Positions 15,194 through 23,714 of a stretch of 40,189 nucleotides of DNA are shown one piece after another. The stretch is taken from NCBI GenBank assembly GCA_001784175.1, contig MFPR01000038.1, forward strand, positions 1-40,189. The letters run 5' to 3'. The notes below the pieces were generated by a model, which ran no database searches, had not been told where the DNA came from, and worked only from the letters and a program-made list of their open reading frames with translations. The stretch comes from Candidatus Lindowbacteria bacterium RIFCSPLOWO2_12_FULL_62_27. Lineage in GTDB: Bacteria > Lindowbacteria > 2-12-FULL-62-27. Position 1 is the stretch's first letter; each line of letters begins with the position of its first letter. The translations under genes were made by a program, and so were the position numbers.

Positions 15194-16963
15194 TCACCGA
15201 ATTTCTCGAGGAGCGGGTCCGGGCGCGGGCCGGCCCGGCTCGGCCCGGGCCAGCATTTTTCGGCAGGCCCGGGTGGAGAGCAGGCGGCGGCTGAAGCGGT
15301 GGGCCTCGTCGCGGATCCGCTGGAGGAGCTGAAGCGCGGGGTCCGTTTTTCGGAGCCGAACGACCCCCCCATCCTCGAGGACGATCAGCTCCTCCTCCTT
15401 GGCCAAGCCTACGATTTCGAATCGGAGATTTTGGATTTTCGATTTTAGATTTTGGATTGTGGAGCCAGAGTTCCTGAGGGGTGAAGACGGCGGAGAAGCA
15501 GGAGCACACGGCAGCGCCAGGGCTTTGCGGGCGGCGCGGACGTGGCCCAGGCCGCCGTCGACGAGGATCAAGTCGGGCGCCGCCGGCGATTCCTCCTCGA
15601 GGGCGCGCCGGATCGAGCGCCGGACCAGTTCCTCCATCGCCGCGTAGTCGTCCTTGATTTCCAGGGTCTGCAGGCCGAAGGAGCGGTACAGCGATTTGTC
15701 CGGCTTGCCGCGCCGGAACACCACCCGGGCGCCGGTGACGATGGCCGGGCCGAGGTTGGCGACGTCATAGCCGTGAATGCACTCGGGCCGGCGCGCGAGC
15801 TGCAATTTTTCACGCACGCGGTCCAGTACCTCCTCCGCCTGCGGGTCGGCGCGCTCGTAGAGTCTGGCCCGCGCGTTTTTCTCCGCCAGATCCAGAAGAT
15901 CATGCGCGTATCCCCGGCCCGGGGACCACAGCCGCACGGGATGGCCGGACCGTTCGGCCAGCCACCGCTTCAGGCTCGACATGTCCGGCGGTTCGGCCTT
16001 GATCGCGATTTCCCGGGGCACGCCGCCCGGCAGTTTGTAGTATTCCATCAGAAACTGGCCCAGCGCCTCCGGCTCGGATCCGCCGCCGGCCGGAAAGACA
16101 AATCCGGAGCTTCCGGTGATGTGACCCTTTCGGACTTTGAACACGCAAAAACAGATTCGGGCGCGGTTCGGATCGGACACGAACGACACGGCGTCCATGT
16201 CGCGGGCGCGCGCGGTCGCCGCGCGCTGTTTCTCCGACAGTTCCCGGAGGGCCGCGATCCGGTCGCGGCAGAGCGCCGCGAGCTCGTAGGATTTCGACGC
16301 CGAGGCGGCGCGCATGCGCGATTGTTGGTCCCTCAGAAGCGCCTCGTAGTCTCCGCGCAAAAAGCGTTCCGCCTGCGCGGCCTGCACGGCATACTCGGCC
16401 TTGGACACCAAACACTCGCACGGGCCGTCACAGCGCTTGATGAAATACTGGAGGCACAGGGGCGGACTTTTCCTTCCTTCCACGAGCTTTCGCTTGCACG
16501 TGCGGATCTTGAAGAACCGGTGGACCATGTCGAGGATCCGGCGCACGTTGAATCCCGACACGTACGGCCCGAAATACCGGGCGCCGCGCGCCGTGTCGTC
16601 CTCGATCCGGCGCGTGAGAACGATCCGCGGGAAGTCGCCCGCCGTGATTTTGATGTAGGGATAGCGCTTGTCGTCGCGAAAGACGATATTGAACGGCGGC
16701 CGGTGTTCCTTGATGAGCGTGTACTCGAGCATGAGGGCCTCGTACTCGGACGCGCAGATCAGCGTTTCGAGCCGCGCGGCCCGGGCCAGGAAGTAGCGTG
16801 TCTTGTCCGGCGCCTGCGCGGAAAAATAATTGGCCAGCCGGTCGCGCAACCGGGCGGCCTTGCCCACATACAGGACCCGGCCCGCCGCGTCCTTGAACCA
16901 ATAGACGCCGGGCAGACGGGGCGCCGACCGGGCGATGTCCTGAAGAGGCGTGGTGGGTTTGAT
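15194..16963 (-). CDS. uvrC: Excinuclease ABC subunit C (no canonical start codon; no C-terminal HhH domain)
   Basis: GIY-YIG region PGVYWFKDAAGRVLYVGKA extends upstream of the ORF-track start (16867). Also FNIVFRDDKRYPYI, YFGPY, CLQYFIKRCDGPC, YELAALCRD, DDYAAM, PDLILVDGG, LLQRIRDEAHRF. Confidence 0.92.
   Translation of the reverse strand: MKPTTPLQDIARSAPRLPGVYWFKDAAGRVLYVGKAARLRDRLANYFSAQAPDKTRYFLARAARLETLICASEYEALMLEYTLIKEHRPPFNIVFRDDKRYPYIKITAGDFPRIVLTRRIEDDTARGARYFGPYVSGFNVRRILDMVHRFFKIRTCKRKLVEGRKSPPLCLQYFIKRCDGPCECLVSKAEYAVQAAQAERFLRGDYEALLRDQQSRMRAASASKSYELAALCRDRIAALRELSEKQRAATARARDMDAVSFVSDPNRARICFCVFKVRKGHITGSSGFVFPAGGGSEPEALGQFLMEYYKLPGGVPREIAIKAEPPDMSSLKRWLAERSGHPVRLWSPGRGYAHDLLDLAEKNARARLYERADPQAEEVLDRVREKLQLARRPECIHGYDVANLGPAIVTGARVVFRRGKPDKSLYRSFGLQTLEIKDDYAAMEELVRRSIRRALEEESPAAPDLILVDGGLGHVRAARKALALPCAPASPPSSPLRNSGSTIQNLKSKIQNLRFEIVGLAKEEELIVLEDGGVVRLRKTDPALQLLQRIRDEAHRFSRRLLSTRACRKMLARAEPGRPAPGPAPREIR
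15427..15461. repeat. Five tandem GATTTTN-type heptamers inside uvrC
   Basis: GATTTTG GATTTTC GATTTTA GATTTTG GATTGTG, encoding TIQNLKSKIQNL. Confidence 0.85.
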
Positions 16964-18358
16964 TTATTTCAATATCGGATGACGGGCGGCGCGGACATCG
17001 TCCACGCGCCGGACCGGCGTGCGAATCGGCGCGTCATGGAGGCGCTGCGGGTTGGTTTCGGCCTCGCGCAGGATGGTCTGCATCAGTTCCACGAAACGGT
17101 CGAGGGTTTCGCGGCGCTCGGTCTCCGTCGGCTCGATCATCAGCGCCTCCCGCACCAGCAGGGGGAAATAGACGGTGGGGGCATAGAGTCCCTCGTCGAG
17201 AATGCGTTTGGCGACGTCCATGGCCGACACGCCGAATTTGTCCTTGAGCGCGATCGCCGAGGCGACGAACTCGTGCATGCACCGGCCGTGGCCGTAGGGG
17301 ATGGGGAACATCGGCCGGAGTTTTTCCTGAAGATAATTGGCGTTCAGGACGGCGCCGAGGCTCACGCGCCGAATGCCTTCATCCCCGAGGAGACGCAAGT
17401 AGACCCAGGCTTTCAGGAGATTCAAAAAATTCCCGAACGCGCCGTGATACCGCCCGATCGACCGGCGGTCCGCCTCGGCCCATCCCCATGCGCCCTCCTC
17501 CCGTTTCAAAAAGGGGCCCGGCAAATACGGCGCCAAATGCGACTTGACCCCGATCGGGCCCGCGCCCGGGCCGCCGCCACCGTGCGGGATGGAGAAGGTC
17601 TTGTGAAGATTGACGTGGACCATGTCGAAGCCCATGTCGCCGGGCCGGACGCGTCCGAGGATCGCATTCAAGTTGGCGCCGTCGTAGTAGAGGAGGCCGC
17701 CGGCGTCATGCACCGCACGGGCGACATCCTCAATACATGTTTCGAACAGGCCGAGCGTATTGGGATTCGTCAACATGAGAACGGCCGTGCGGTTGGAGAC
17801 TTTCTGCCGCAGGTCCGCGAGATCCACGCGGCCGGTCGCATCCATCTTCACGACGACGACGGTGAGCCCCGACATCGCGGCGGAGGCCGGGTTGGTGCCG
17901 TGCGCGTTTTCCGGAACGAGGACTTCCGTGCGGTCCGTGTCGCCGCGCAGCCGGAAATACTGCCGGGCGGTTTTGAGCGCGCAAAGTTCCCCGTGCGCGC
18001 CGGCGGCCGGATAGAGACAGACGGCCTCCATGCCGGTCACCGCCGCGAGGTCCTGCTGAAGTTCCCCGAGCGCCTGCAGAACGCCTTGGACCTCGGAGTC
18101 CGGCTGCCAGGGATGGGCCTGGAGGAATCCGGGTTCGGACGCGACCGCCTCTCCAGCCTTCGGGCTGTATTTCATCGTGCAGGACCCGAGCGGGTAAAAA
18201 CTCGAATCGACACAGAGATTCTTGCGGGAGAGATTGACATGATGACGGACCAGGTCATTTTCGGGCAGCGCGTCCAACGCGAGCGGCGCGGCCCGGCGCG
18301 CATGGGCGGGCAAGGCGGGGATGCCGGAAGAAACAGCGGTATCAAACAGCCGGCTCAT
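16964..18358 (-). CDS. gcvPB: Glycine dehydrogenase (decarboxylating) subunit 2
   Basis: FYPLGSCTMKY, PAAGAHGE, AHGTNPASA, PLP-lysine motif NLHKTFSIPHGGGGPG, MIEPTETE. Confidence 0.97.
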   Translation of the reverse strand: MSRLFDTAVSSGIPALPAHARRAAPLALDALPENDLVRHHVNLSRKNLCVDSSFYPLGSCTMKYSPKAGEAVASEPGFLQAHPWQPDSEVQGVLQALGELQQDLAAVTGMEAVCLYPAAGAHGELCALKTARQYFRLRGDTDRTEVLVPENAHGTNPASAAMSGLTVVVVKMDATGRVDLADLRQKVSNRTAVLMLTNPNTLGLFETCIEDVARAVHDAGGLLYYDGANLNAILGRVRPGDMGFDMVHVNLHKTFSIPHGGGGPGAGPIGVKSHLAPYLPGPFLKREEGAWGWAEADRRSIGRYHGAFGNFLNLLKAWVYLRLLGDEGIRRVSLGAVLNANYLQEKLRPMFPIPYGHGRCMHEFVASAIALKDKFGVSAMDVAKRILDEGLYAPTVYFPLLVREALMIEPTETERRETLDRFVELMQTILREAETNPQRLHDAPIRTPVRRVDDVRAARHPILK

Positions 18359-19707
18359 CTATTTCCGCTTTTCTCAATTTCTGAAAGCAGCCACTCGACG
18401 TCGGACTCGGTTCTCCGTTCAGTGAACGATACCAGGTAGGTATGCGGCAGGTCGGAATAATACTTGTGCAGATCCAGAACCGGCAGATGATCGAGTTTGC
18501 ATTTCGCGCGGATGGCCACTTCGAAGAGCGACGCCGAGCCGAAGGCCGGGCCGGCCACCCGATCGAGCCGCCGCAGTCCGTCCAGAAACTGCTCCATCCG
18601 CGCCGCCGACGTTTCCGCCACCGCGCGCAGGCCGGCGGCGCCCAGAAGCCGCACGTACGCGCCGGCGTAGATCGCGCAGAGCGTGTGGTTGGTGCAAATG
18701 TTGGACGTCGCCTTTTCGCGCCGGATGTGCTGTTCGCGCGTCTGGAGCGTGAGGCAGTACGCCTCCTGGCCCAGCGCGTCCAGCGTCTTGCCGACGAGCC
18801 GGCCGGGCAGGCGGCGCAGATATTTTTCGCGCGCGGCGAACACGCCCAGCGCAAGCCCACCATAGACCATGGGCAGGCCCAGGGACTGCCCCTCGGCGAC
18901 GGCGATGTCCGCGCCGACTTCGCCGGGCGCCGCGAGGACCGAGAGCGACGCCGGCTCGAAGATATGGACAAACCCCGCGCCGATTGTGTGCGCGGCCGCG
19001 GCGAGCGACCTCATGTCTTCGATCACGCCGAACAGGTTCGGATTCTGGGCGATGACGGCGATCACCGGCGACCGATCATCCGGCCGGAACATCTCCGGGT
19101 TCGTCCGGCCTTCCCCTGAAACAAACGGAATTTCGACCAGGCGCAGCGGCAGGTCCGAAAGATAGGTTCGAAGCACCGCGCGGTAATGCGGATGGACCGC
19201 GGTTGAAGCGTACACCGTGCCCGATTTATGTTCCGACGCGCCGAACAGACACAGCACGGCCTCGGCCAGCGCGGTGGCGCCGTCATAGAGCGACGCGTTG
19301 GCGACGTCGAGCCCGGTCAGCGCGCAGATGGCCCGCTGGTATTCGAAAAGCCCCTGCAGAATTCCCTGGGACGCCTCCGCCTGATAGGGCGTGTACGCCG
19401 AGTAATAATCGGTCCGGCGCAGAATCGTCTCCACCAGCGCCGGCGGTACCATGCGATCGTAGAACCCGGCGCCCAAAAAGGTCGGGCGATCCAGCCGCGT
19501 TTTCCGCGCGAGCGCCGAGCCTTCCGCCAAAATTCCGTTCTGCGATCTGGCGCTCCGGCCGAGGAGCGGACGGGAACATAGAAGATGTTTGGGAATTTCA
19601 GCGAAGACGTCCTCCGGTTGGGACAGGCCGATGGACCTGGCCATCGACTCCATTTCGGAATCCGTATGCGGGACGAACCCCACGCCTTGCGCGCCTTGGT
19701 CAGCCAT
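18355..19707 (-). CDS. gcvPA: Glycine dehydrogenase (decarboxylating) subunit 1
   Basis: FLGAGFY, AYTPYQAEASQGILQ, NASLYDGATALAEA, LQTREQHIRREKATSNICTN. Confidence 0.97.
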   Translation of the reverse strand: MADQGAQGVGFVPHTDSEMESMARSIGLSQPEDVFAEIPKHLLCSRPLLGRSARSQNGILAEGSALARKTRLDRPTFLGAGFYDRMVPPALVETILRRTDYYSAYTPYQAEASQGILQGLFEYQRAICALTGLDVANASLYDGATALAEAVLCLFGASEHKSGTVYASTAVHPHYRAVLRTYLSDLPLRLVEIPFVSGEGRTNPEMFRPDDRSPVIAVIAQNPNLFGVIEDMRSLAAAAHTIGAGFVHIFEPASLSVLAAPGEVGADIAVAEGQSLGLPMVYGGLALGVFAAREKYLRRLPGRLVGKTLDALGQEAYCLTLQTREQHIRREKATSNICTNHTLCAIYAGAYVRLLGAAGLRAVAETSAARMEQFLDGLRRLDRVAGPAFGSASLFEVAIRAKCKLDHLPVLDLHKYYSDLPHTYLVSFTERRTESDVEWLLSEIEKSGNR

Positions 19708-19732
19708 CGCGGTCAGCCGCTCCGGGCCTGCC

Positions 19733-20119
19733 TCACTTGCCGCTGTTGATGTGTTTTTCGTACTCTTGCGGCGAAAGGAGAGACGACGCGTCGGAGGGAC
19801 TCTTGACTTCGATCTCCATCATCCAGCCCCGGCCGTAGGGGTCCGAATTGACCAGTTCCGGCGTCGCCGCAAGGTCCGCGTTCACGCGGGTGACTTTGCC
19901 GGACACCGGCGCGTAAATGTCGGAAACGGCCTTGACCGATTCGATCGACGCCAGTACGTCCGACTGTTTGGCCTCTTTGCCCGGCGCCGGAAGGTCCACA
20001 TAGACGACGTCGCCGAGCTGGTCGGCGGCAAACTGCGTGATGCCGACGACGCCGACGCTGCCGGTCAGCCGCAGCCACTCATGCTCCTTGGTGAATTTCA
20101 AATCCGCGGGCGCACCCAT
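19733..20119 (-). CDS. gcvH: Glycine cleavage system H protein
   Basis: FTKEHEW, VGITQFAADQLGDVVYVDLP, lipoyl motif IESVKAVSDIYAPVSG, NSDPYGRGW. Confidence 0.98.
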   Translation of the reverse strand: MGAPADLKFTKEHEWLRLTGSVGVVGITQFAADQLGDVVYVDLPAPGKEAKQSDVLASIESVKAVSDIYAPVSGKVTRVNADLAATPELVNSDPYGRGWMMEIEVKSPSDASSLLSPQEYEKHINSGK

Positions 20120-20135
20120 GGATGCATCCTCCCTT

Positions 20136-21242
20136 TCACGCCGGATGCCCTTTCACCCGGCCTTTGACGAATCTCCGTGATACCTGCCGCACCGGAATTT
20201 CCTTCCCGCGGCCTTTCACGGCCAGCGCCGCGTCCGGCGGAACGGCGACATCGACCGATCCGAATCCGATGCTGCGGCCCAGGGTCTTTGAGAATACGCC
20301 GCTCGTCACCTGCCCGACCTCGCGGCCGTCCAGGACGATCACGTGGCCGTGGCGGATCAGCGCCGATGGATCGGTCCCCGCGTCCAATCCTGTGAGCCGG
20401 CGGCGAGGGGCGCGGGTCTTGAGCGCCTCGGCGCCCCAGTACCCGCCGGCGGGCGACACGGCGAATTTCAGTCCGCACTCGAATGGACTGACGGTCTCAT
20501 CCATGTCCGAGCCATAGAGACTGTAGCCGGCTTCGACGCGCAATACGTCGCGCGCGCCCAATCCACAGGGAGCGACACTACCAGCTTTTAAAAGCCATTG
20601 CCACATTTTTTCGGCCTGGGCGTTCGGCGCCACCAGTTCAAATCCGTCCTCGCCCGTGTAGCCGGTCCGGGAAATCCACACGGGTCCGAGGCCTGTCCAT
20701 TCCATGTCGGCGCCGCCGAAATACGGGATCGCGGCCACGGTCGAATACGGCGATCCCGTAGCCGGCGGCCGAACGACGGCCGACAGGATCGACTCGGCCT
20801 TCGGCCCCTGCACCGCGATCATGACGGTGGCGTCGGACCGGTCGCGGGCGCGGCCTCCGCGCGCCTCGATCCATCGGAGGATTTTGTCGCGGTTGGAGGC
20901 GTTGACCACCAATAGAAAATCTCCGGAGACTTTCCGGTACAGGATCACATCATCGAGAATTCCGCCCGACTCGTTGAGGACCAGCCCGTATCGGCCGAGC
21001 GCGGGCCGGATGTCTGAAACGCGGCAGGTCAGCAGGCGCGAGAGAAACGGCTCGGCCTCCGCCGGAAACTCCAGACGGCCCATGTGGGAGACGTCGAACA
21101 TGCCGCAGGCGGTTCGAACCGCGGCGGTCTCGTCATAGATTCCGCGATAGAAAATCGGCATGTCGTATCCGGCGAATCCCGCACGACGGGCCTGCAGGGC
21201 GGCGTGCTGGTCGAAGAGGGGGGTGTGGCGCAGGTCGTCCAT
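20136..21242 (-). CDS. gcvT: Glycine cleavage system aminomethyltransferase T
   Basis: TPLFDQH, GMFDVSHMG, GGILDD, SRTGYTGEDGFE, GLGARDVLRVEAG. Confidence 0.97.
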   Translation of the reverse strand: MDDLRHTPLFDQHAALQARRAGFAGYDMPIFYRGIYDETAAVRTACGMFDVSHMGRLEFPAEAEPFLSRLLTCRVSDIRPALGRYGLVLNESGGILDDVILYRKVSGDFLLVVNASNRDKILRWIEARGGRARDRSDATVMIAVQGPKAESILSAVVRPPATGSPYSTVAAIPYFGGADMEWTGLGPVWISRTGYTGEDGFELVAPNAQAEKMWQWLLKAGSVAPCGLGARDVLRVEAGYSLYGSDMDETVSPFECGLKFAVSPAGGYWGAEALKTRAPRRRLTGLDAGTDPSALIRHGHVIVLDGREVGQVTSGVFSKTLGRSIGFGSVDVAVPPDAALAVKGRGKEIPVRQVSRRFVKGRVKGHPA

Positions 21243-22315
21243 CAGGTGAAACTACCGAGGAGCCGCCGGAGGGCCTTGCGAACGAGAATACGGATTTCTT
21301 CGCGGCACCGGCGATACGTTTCGAGATCGCCGCCGATGGGATCGTGCACGTCGGGGCCGGGCTTGCGCGTGGCGTACTCCCTCAGCGTGAAGATCCGGTC
21401 GCGCCGCGCGGGGAAGAGCGCAAGGAGCAGCATGCGCTGGCTGTGTTCCATCGTGAGGATCAAATCGGCCCGGGCGACGTCTTCGGCCATGAGGGGCGCG
21501 CTCAGATGGGCTTGGAGGCTGACCTGGATTTCGTCGCAGACGGCGCTCGCCCCCTCGCTGGCCGTCCCACCGGCGCGCGCCATGAGACCCCGGGAGAACA
21601 CCTGGGCCATGTCCGCGAGCGGCTCGAGTTCGCCGCGCGTGATCGCCTCCGCCATCGGACTTCGGCACGTATTTCCGGCGCAGACGTAAAGGACGCGAAG
21701 CGGATCCGGAAGAACGTCGGGCGGGATCGCGCCCTGACGAATCACGTGCACTTCGTCCCCCTCGACGGCGACCACGGTCGAGGCGACCTTGCAGGAATGC
21801 CGGTCGTCCCGGATGGCCACCTCGACGCCTTCGAATATTCTGGGGTCGATGTCATCAAAGCGCCCTACGGCGCCCCGGCCGGACCGGTTGGCGCTGGTGG
21901 AAACGATGGGACCGATCTGGTTGAGAAGGTCGCGCAGTTGCCGGTGGGCCGGGATCCGCACGGCGATGGTGCCGTCGTCGGCGCAGAGGCTCCGGCTGAG
22001 TTCTTTTTTCGCCGGCAGCGCGACGGTGAGGGCGCCGGGCCAGAAGCGCGCCATGAGGATGCGTGCGCGCTGGGGGATTTCGGATGCGAGTTTTTCGATT
22101 TGCATGCGGGACCCGGCAAGGATCGGAAATTTCTTGTCCGGGCTTCGGCCTTTGAGGTCCATCATCTCCTTGACGATTTCGTCCCGGATCATCCCGCCGA
22201 TGCCGTAGACGGTGTCGGTCGGAAACAGGATCAGCTTCTTTTTGCGGATGGCGGAAACGATCGGTTTCGGACCCGGCGGATCATCGGCTTCCCAGTCCAA
22301 TATCTGCGGCGACAT
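21242..22315 (-). CDS. tsaC: Threonylcarbamoyl-AMP synthase (TsaC/YrdC) fused to a low-molecular-weight protein phosphatase (YwlE-like)
   Basis: N-half FPTDTVYGIG, LKGR, FWPGALT, AVRIP, STSANRSG; C-half YVCAGNTCRSPMAE, ADLILTME, DVHDPIGG. Confidence 0.92.
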   Translation of the reverse strand: MSPQILDWEADDPPGPKPIVSAIRKKKLILFPTDTVYGIGGMIRDEIVKEMMDLKGRSPDKKFPILAGSRMQIEKLASEIPQRARILMARFWPGALTVALPAKKELSRSLCADDGTIAVRIPAHRQLRDLLNQIGPIVSTSANRSGRGAVGRFDDIDPRIFEGVEVAIRDDRHSCKVASTVVAVEGDEVHVIRQGAIPPDVLPDPLRVLYVCAGNTCRSPMAEAITRGELEPLADMAQVFSRGLMARAGGTASEGASAVCDEIQVSLQAHLSAPLMAEDVARADLILTMEHSQRMLLLALFPARRDRIFTLREYATRKPGPDVHDPIGGDLETYRRCREEIRILVRKALRRLLGSFT

Positions 22316-22321
22316 GCGCGA

Positions 22322-23032
22322 TCAGGCCCGATCCGCCGTGTACTTGGAGACATGCCGCCGGGGCGACGGCGGGGCCGGCTCCGCGACGACGACGACCTCG
22401 CCCTTGACGGTCCGCGCGGCGAACGCGCCCGCCGCGTCGGCCGCGGTGCCGGACCAGACTTCCTCAAATTGTTTCGTCAGCTCCCGGCCGATGACCAAGC
22501 GCGCGCCGGGCGCGGCTTCCGAAACTTGCGCGATCGTTCGCGCGAGCCGGCCCGGATGTTCGAAGAACACGGCGGCGGACCCGCTGTGAAGAATCTCGAG
22601 GAGGTCCAGCGCCGGATTTTTCCTGGACAGAAAGCCGACGAACGTCACGCGCCCGGCAAAGACGCCGGCGATGGACAAGGCCGCCGTGAGGGCGGAGGGG
22701 CCGGGAATGGGGACGACCCGCACGGCGGATTCGAGGCAGCGGCGGACCAGAAGCGCGCCGGGATCGGACACGGCGGGCGTGCCGGATTCGGTCACGAGCG
22801 CCGCCTCCAGCCCGGCCTGCAATCTCGGCAGAAGCTGTTCGACGCGCGCCGATTCGTTTCCTTGATACAGGGAATACACGGGCTTCGGCGGCAGGCTGTG
22901 CCGCAGAGACAGCTTCCGGAACGTCCGCGTGTCCTCGGCGATGACGGCCTCGACCTCTTTCAGGATTTTCAGGGCGCGCAGAGTGATATCTTCGAGATTC
23001 CCGACAGGCGTCGCCACAACGTACAGCGCCAG
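22322..23032 (-). CDS. rsmI: 16S rRNA (cytidine1402-2'-O)-methyltransferase
   Basis: LYVVATPVGNLEDITLRAL, AEDTR, SGTPAVSDPG, PIPGPSA, RELTKQFEE, KGEVVVV. Start uncertain; CTG at 23032 follows AAGGGGGA. Confidence 0.93.
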   Translation of the reverse strand: MALYVVATPVGNLEDITLRALKILKEVEAVIAEDTRTFRKLSLRHSLPPKPVYSLYQGNESARVEQLLPRLQAGLEAALVTESGTPAVSDPGALLVRRCLESAVRVVPIPGPSALTAALSIAGVFAGRVTFVGFLSRKNPALDLLEILHSGSAAVFFEHPGRLARTIAQVSEAAPGARLVIGRELTKQFEEVWSGTAADAAGAFAARTVKGEVVVVAEPAPPSPRRHVSKYTADRA

Positions 23033-23139
23033 ACAAATTCCCCCTTGCGATCGTTTACCTGCTCCATGTTCCTGATACCTGCGCCGGGTGAGAGCGTCAA
23101 GGGAGAAATTCGTCAGAGAGAAATGGGGCCGGTAAACAG

Positions 23140-23253
23140 GGAAACCATTGGCCACGAACGACACGAACGATCACGAACAGACACGAATTAAACATTCTTC
23201 TCATGTAAAAATGTTCGTGTTCGTTCGTGTTCCAGGTTCGTGTTCGTTCGTGG
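23140..23253. repeat. Inverted-arm CACGAA/TTCGTG ~10-nt-period element (MITE-like) in a divergent intergenic region
   Basis: Left arm has four CACGAA units and right arm four TTCGTG units, around an AT-rich spacer of about 25 nt. Confidence 0.85.
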
Positions 23254-23315
23254 AGGATGTTTATCATTGACCTGATTGACGGCGCATTTTTCCGATGCTA
23301 ATGACTGGATTCAAG

Positions 23316-23681
23316 ATGAAGCGTTTCTCAGTCTGGTTCATGCTCATGGTCGCGTTCGCATCGGTCGGATGCACGGCCCGACGGGGGGCGTCCAAAGAGG
23401 AGCAGTTTATCCCCCTTGAGCGCGGAATGGCTGTGATCCAGTCCACGCCGCCGGACGCCTCCGTTTACATCAACGGCGCGCTGGTCGGCAAAACCCCGCA
23501 GAAAAAACTATTCTTAATTCCTGGGACTTACGACCTTGAAATACGAAAAGAGGGGTTTGGCCCCTGGAAGGAAAAAATATTGATTCTTGAAAATACCGTC
23601 CACGAAATCCAGGCCAAACTGCCGGGGTTTAGCCCCACCGACACGCCCGTGCTCAAACGGCCCGCCGAGAGGCTGTATTAA
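23316..23681 (+). CDS. PEGA-domain lipoprotein
   Basis: MKRF...FASVGC lipobox-like signal; IQSTPPDASVYING..VGKTP......PGTYDLEIRKEGF..W PEGA pattern. Confidence 0.85.
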   Translation: MKRFSVWFMLMVAFASVGCTARRGASKEEQFIPLERGMAVIQSTPPDASVYINGALVGKTPQKKLFLIPGTYDLEIRKEGFGPWKEKILILENTVHEIQAKLPGFSPTDTPVLKRPAERLY

Positions 23682-23714
23682 TATACTGTATATATATAAG
23701 GGGAACCCAGCCGG

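Noticed and set aside
15542-23191. 965-aa and 615-aa plus-strand ORFs
   Set aside because: Antisense shadows of uvrC/gcvPB and tsaC/rsmI.
21243-23300. Glycine riboswitch upstream of the gcv genes
   Set aside because: gcvT overlaps the tsaC fusion stop, leaving no leader, and I found no recognisable aptamer upstream of rsmI.
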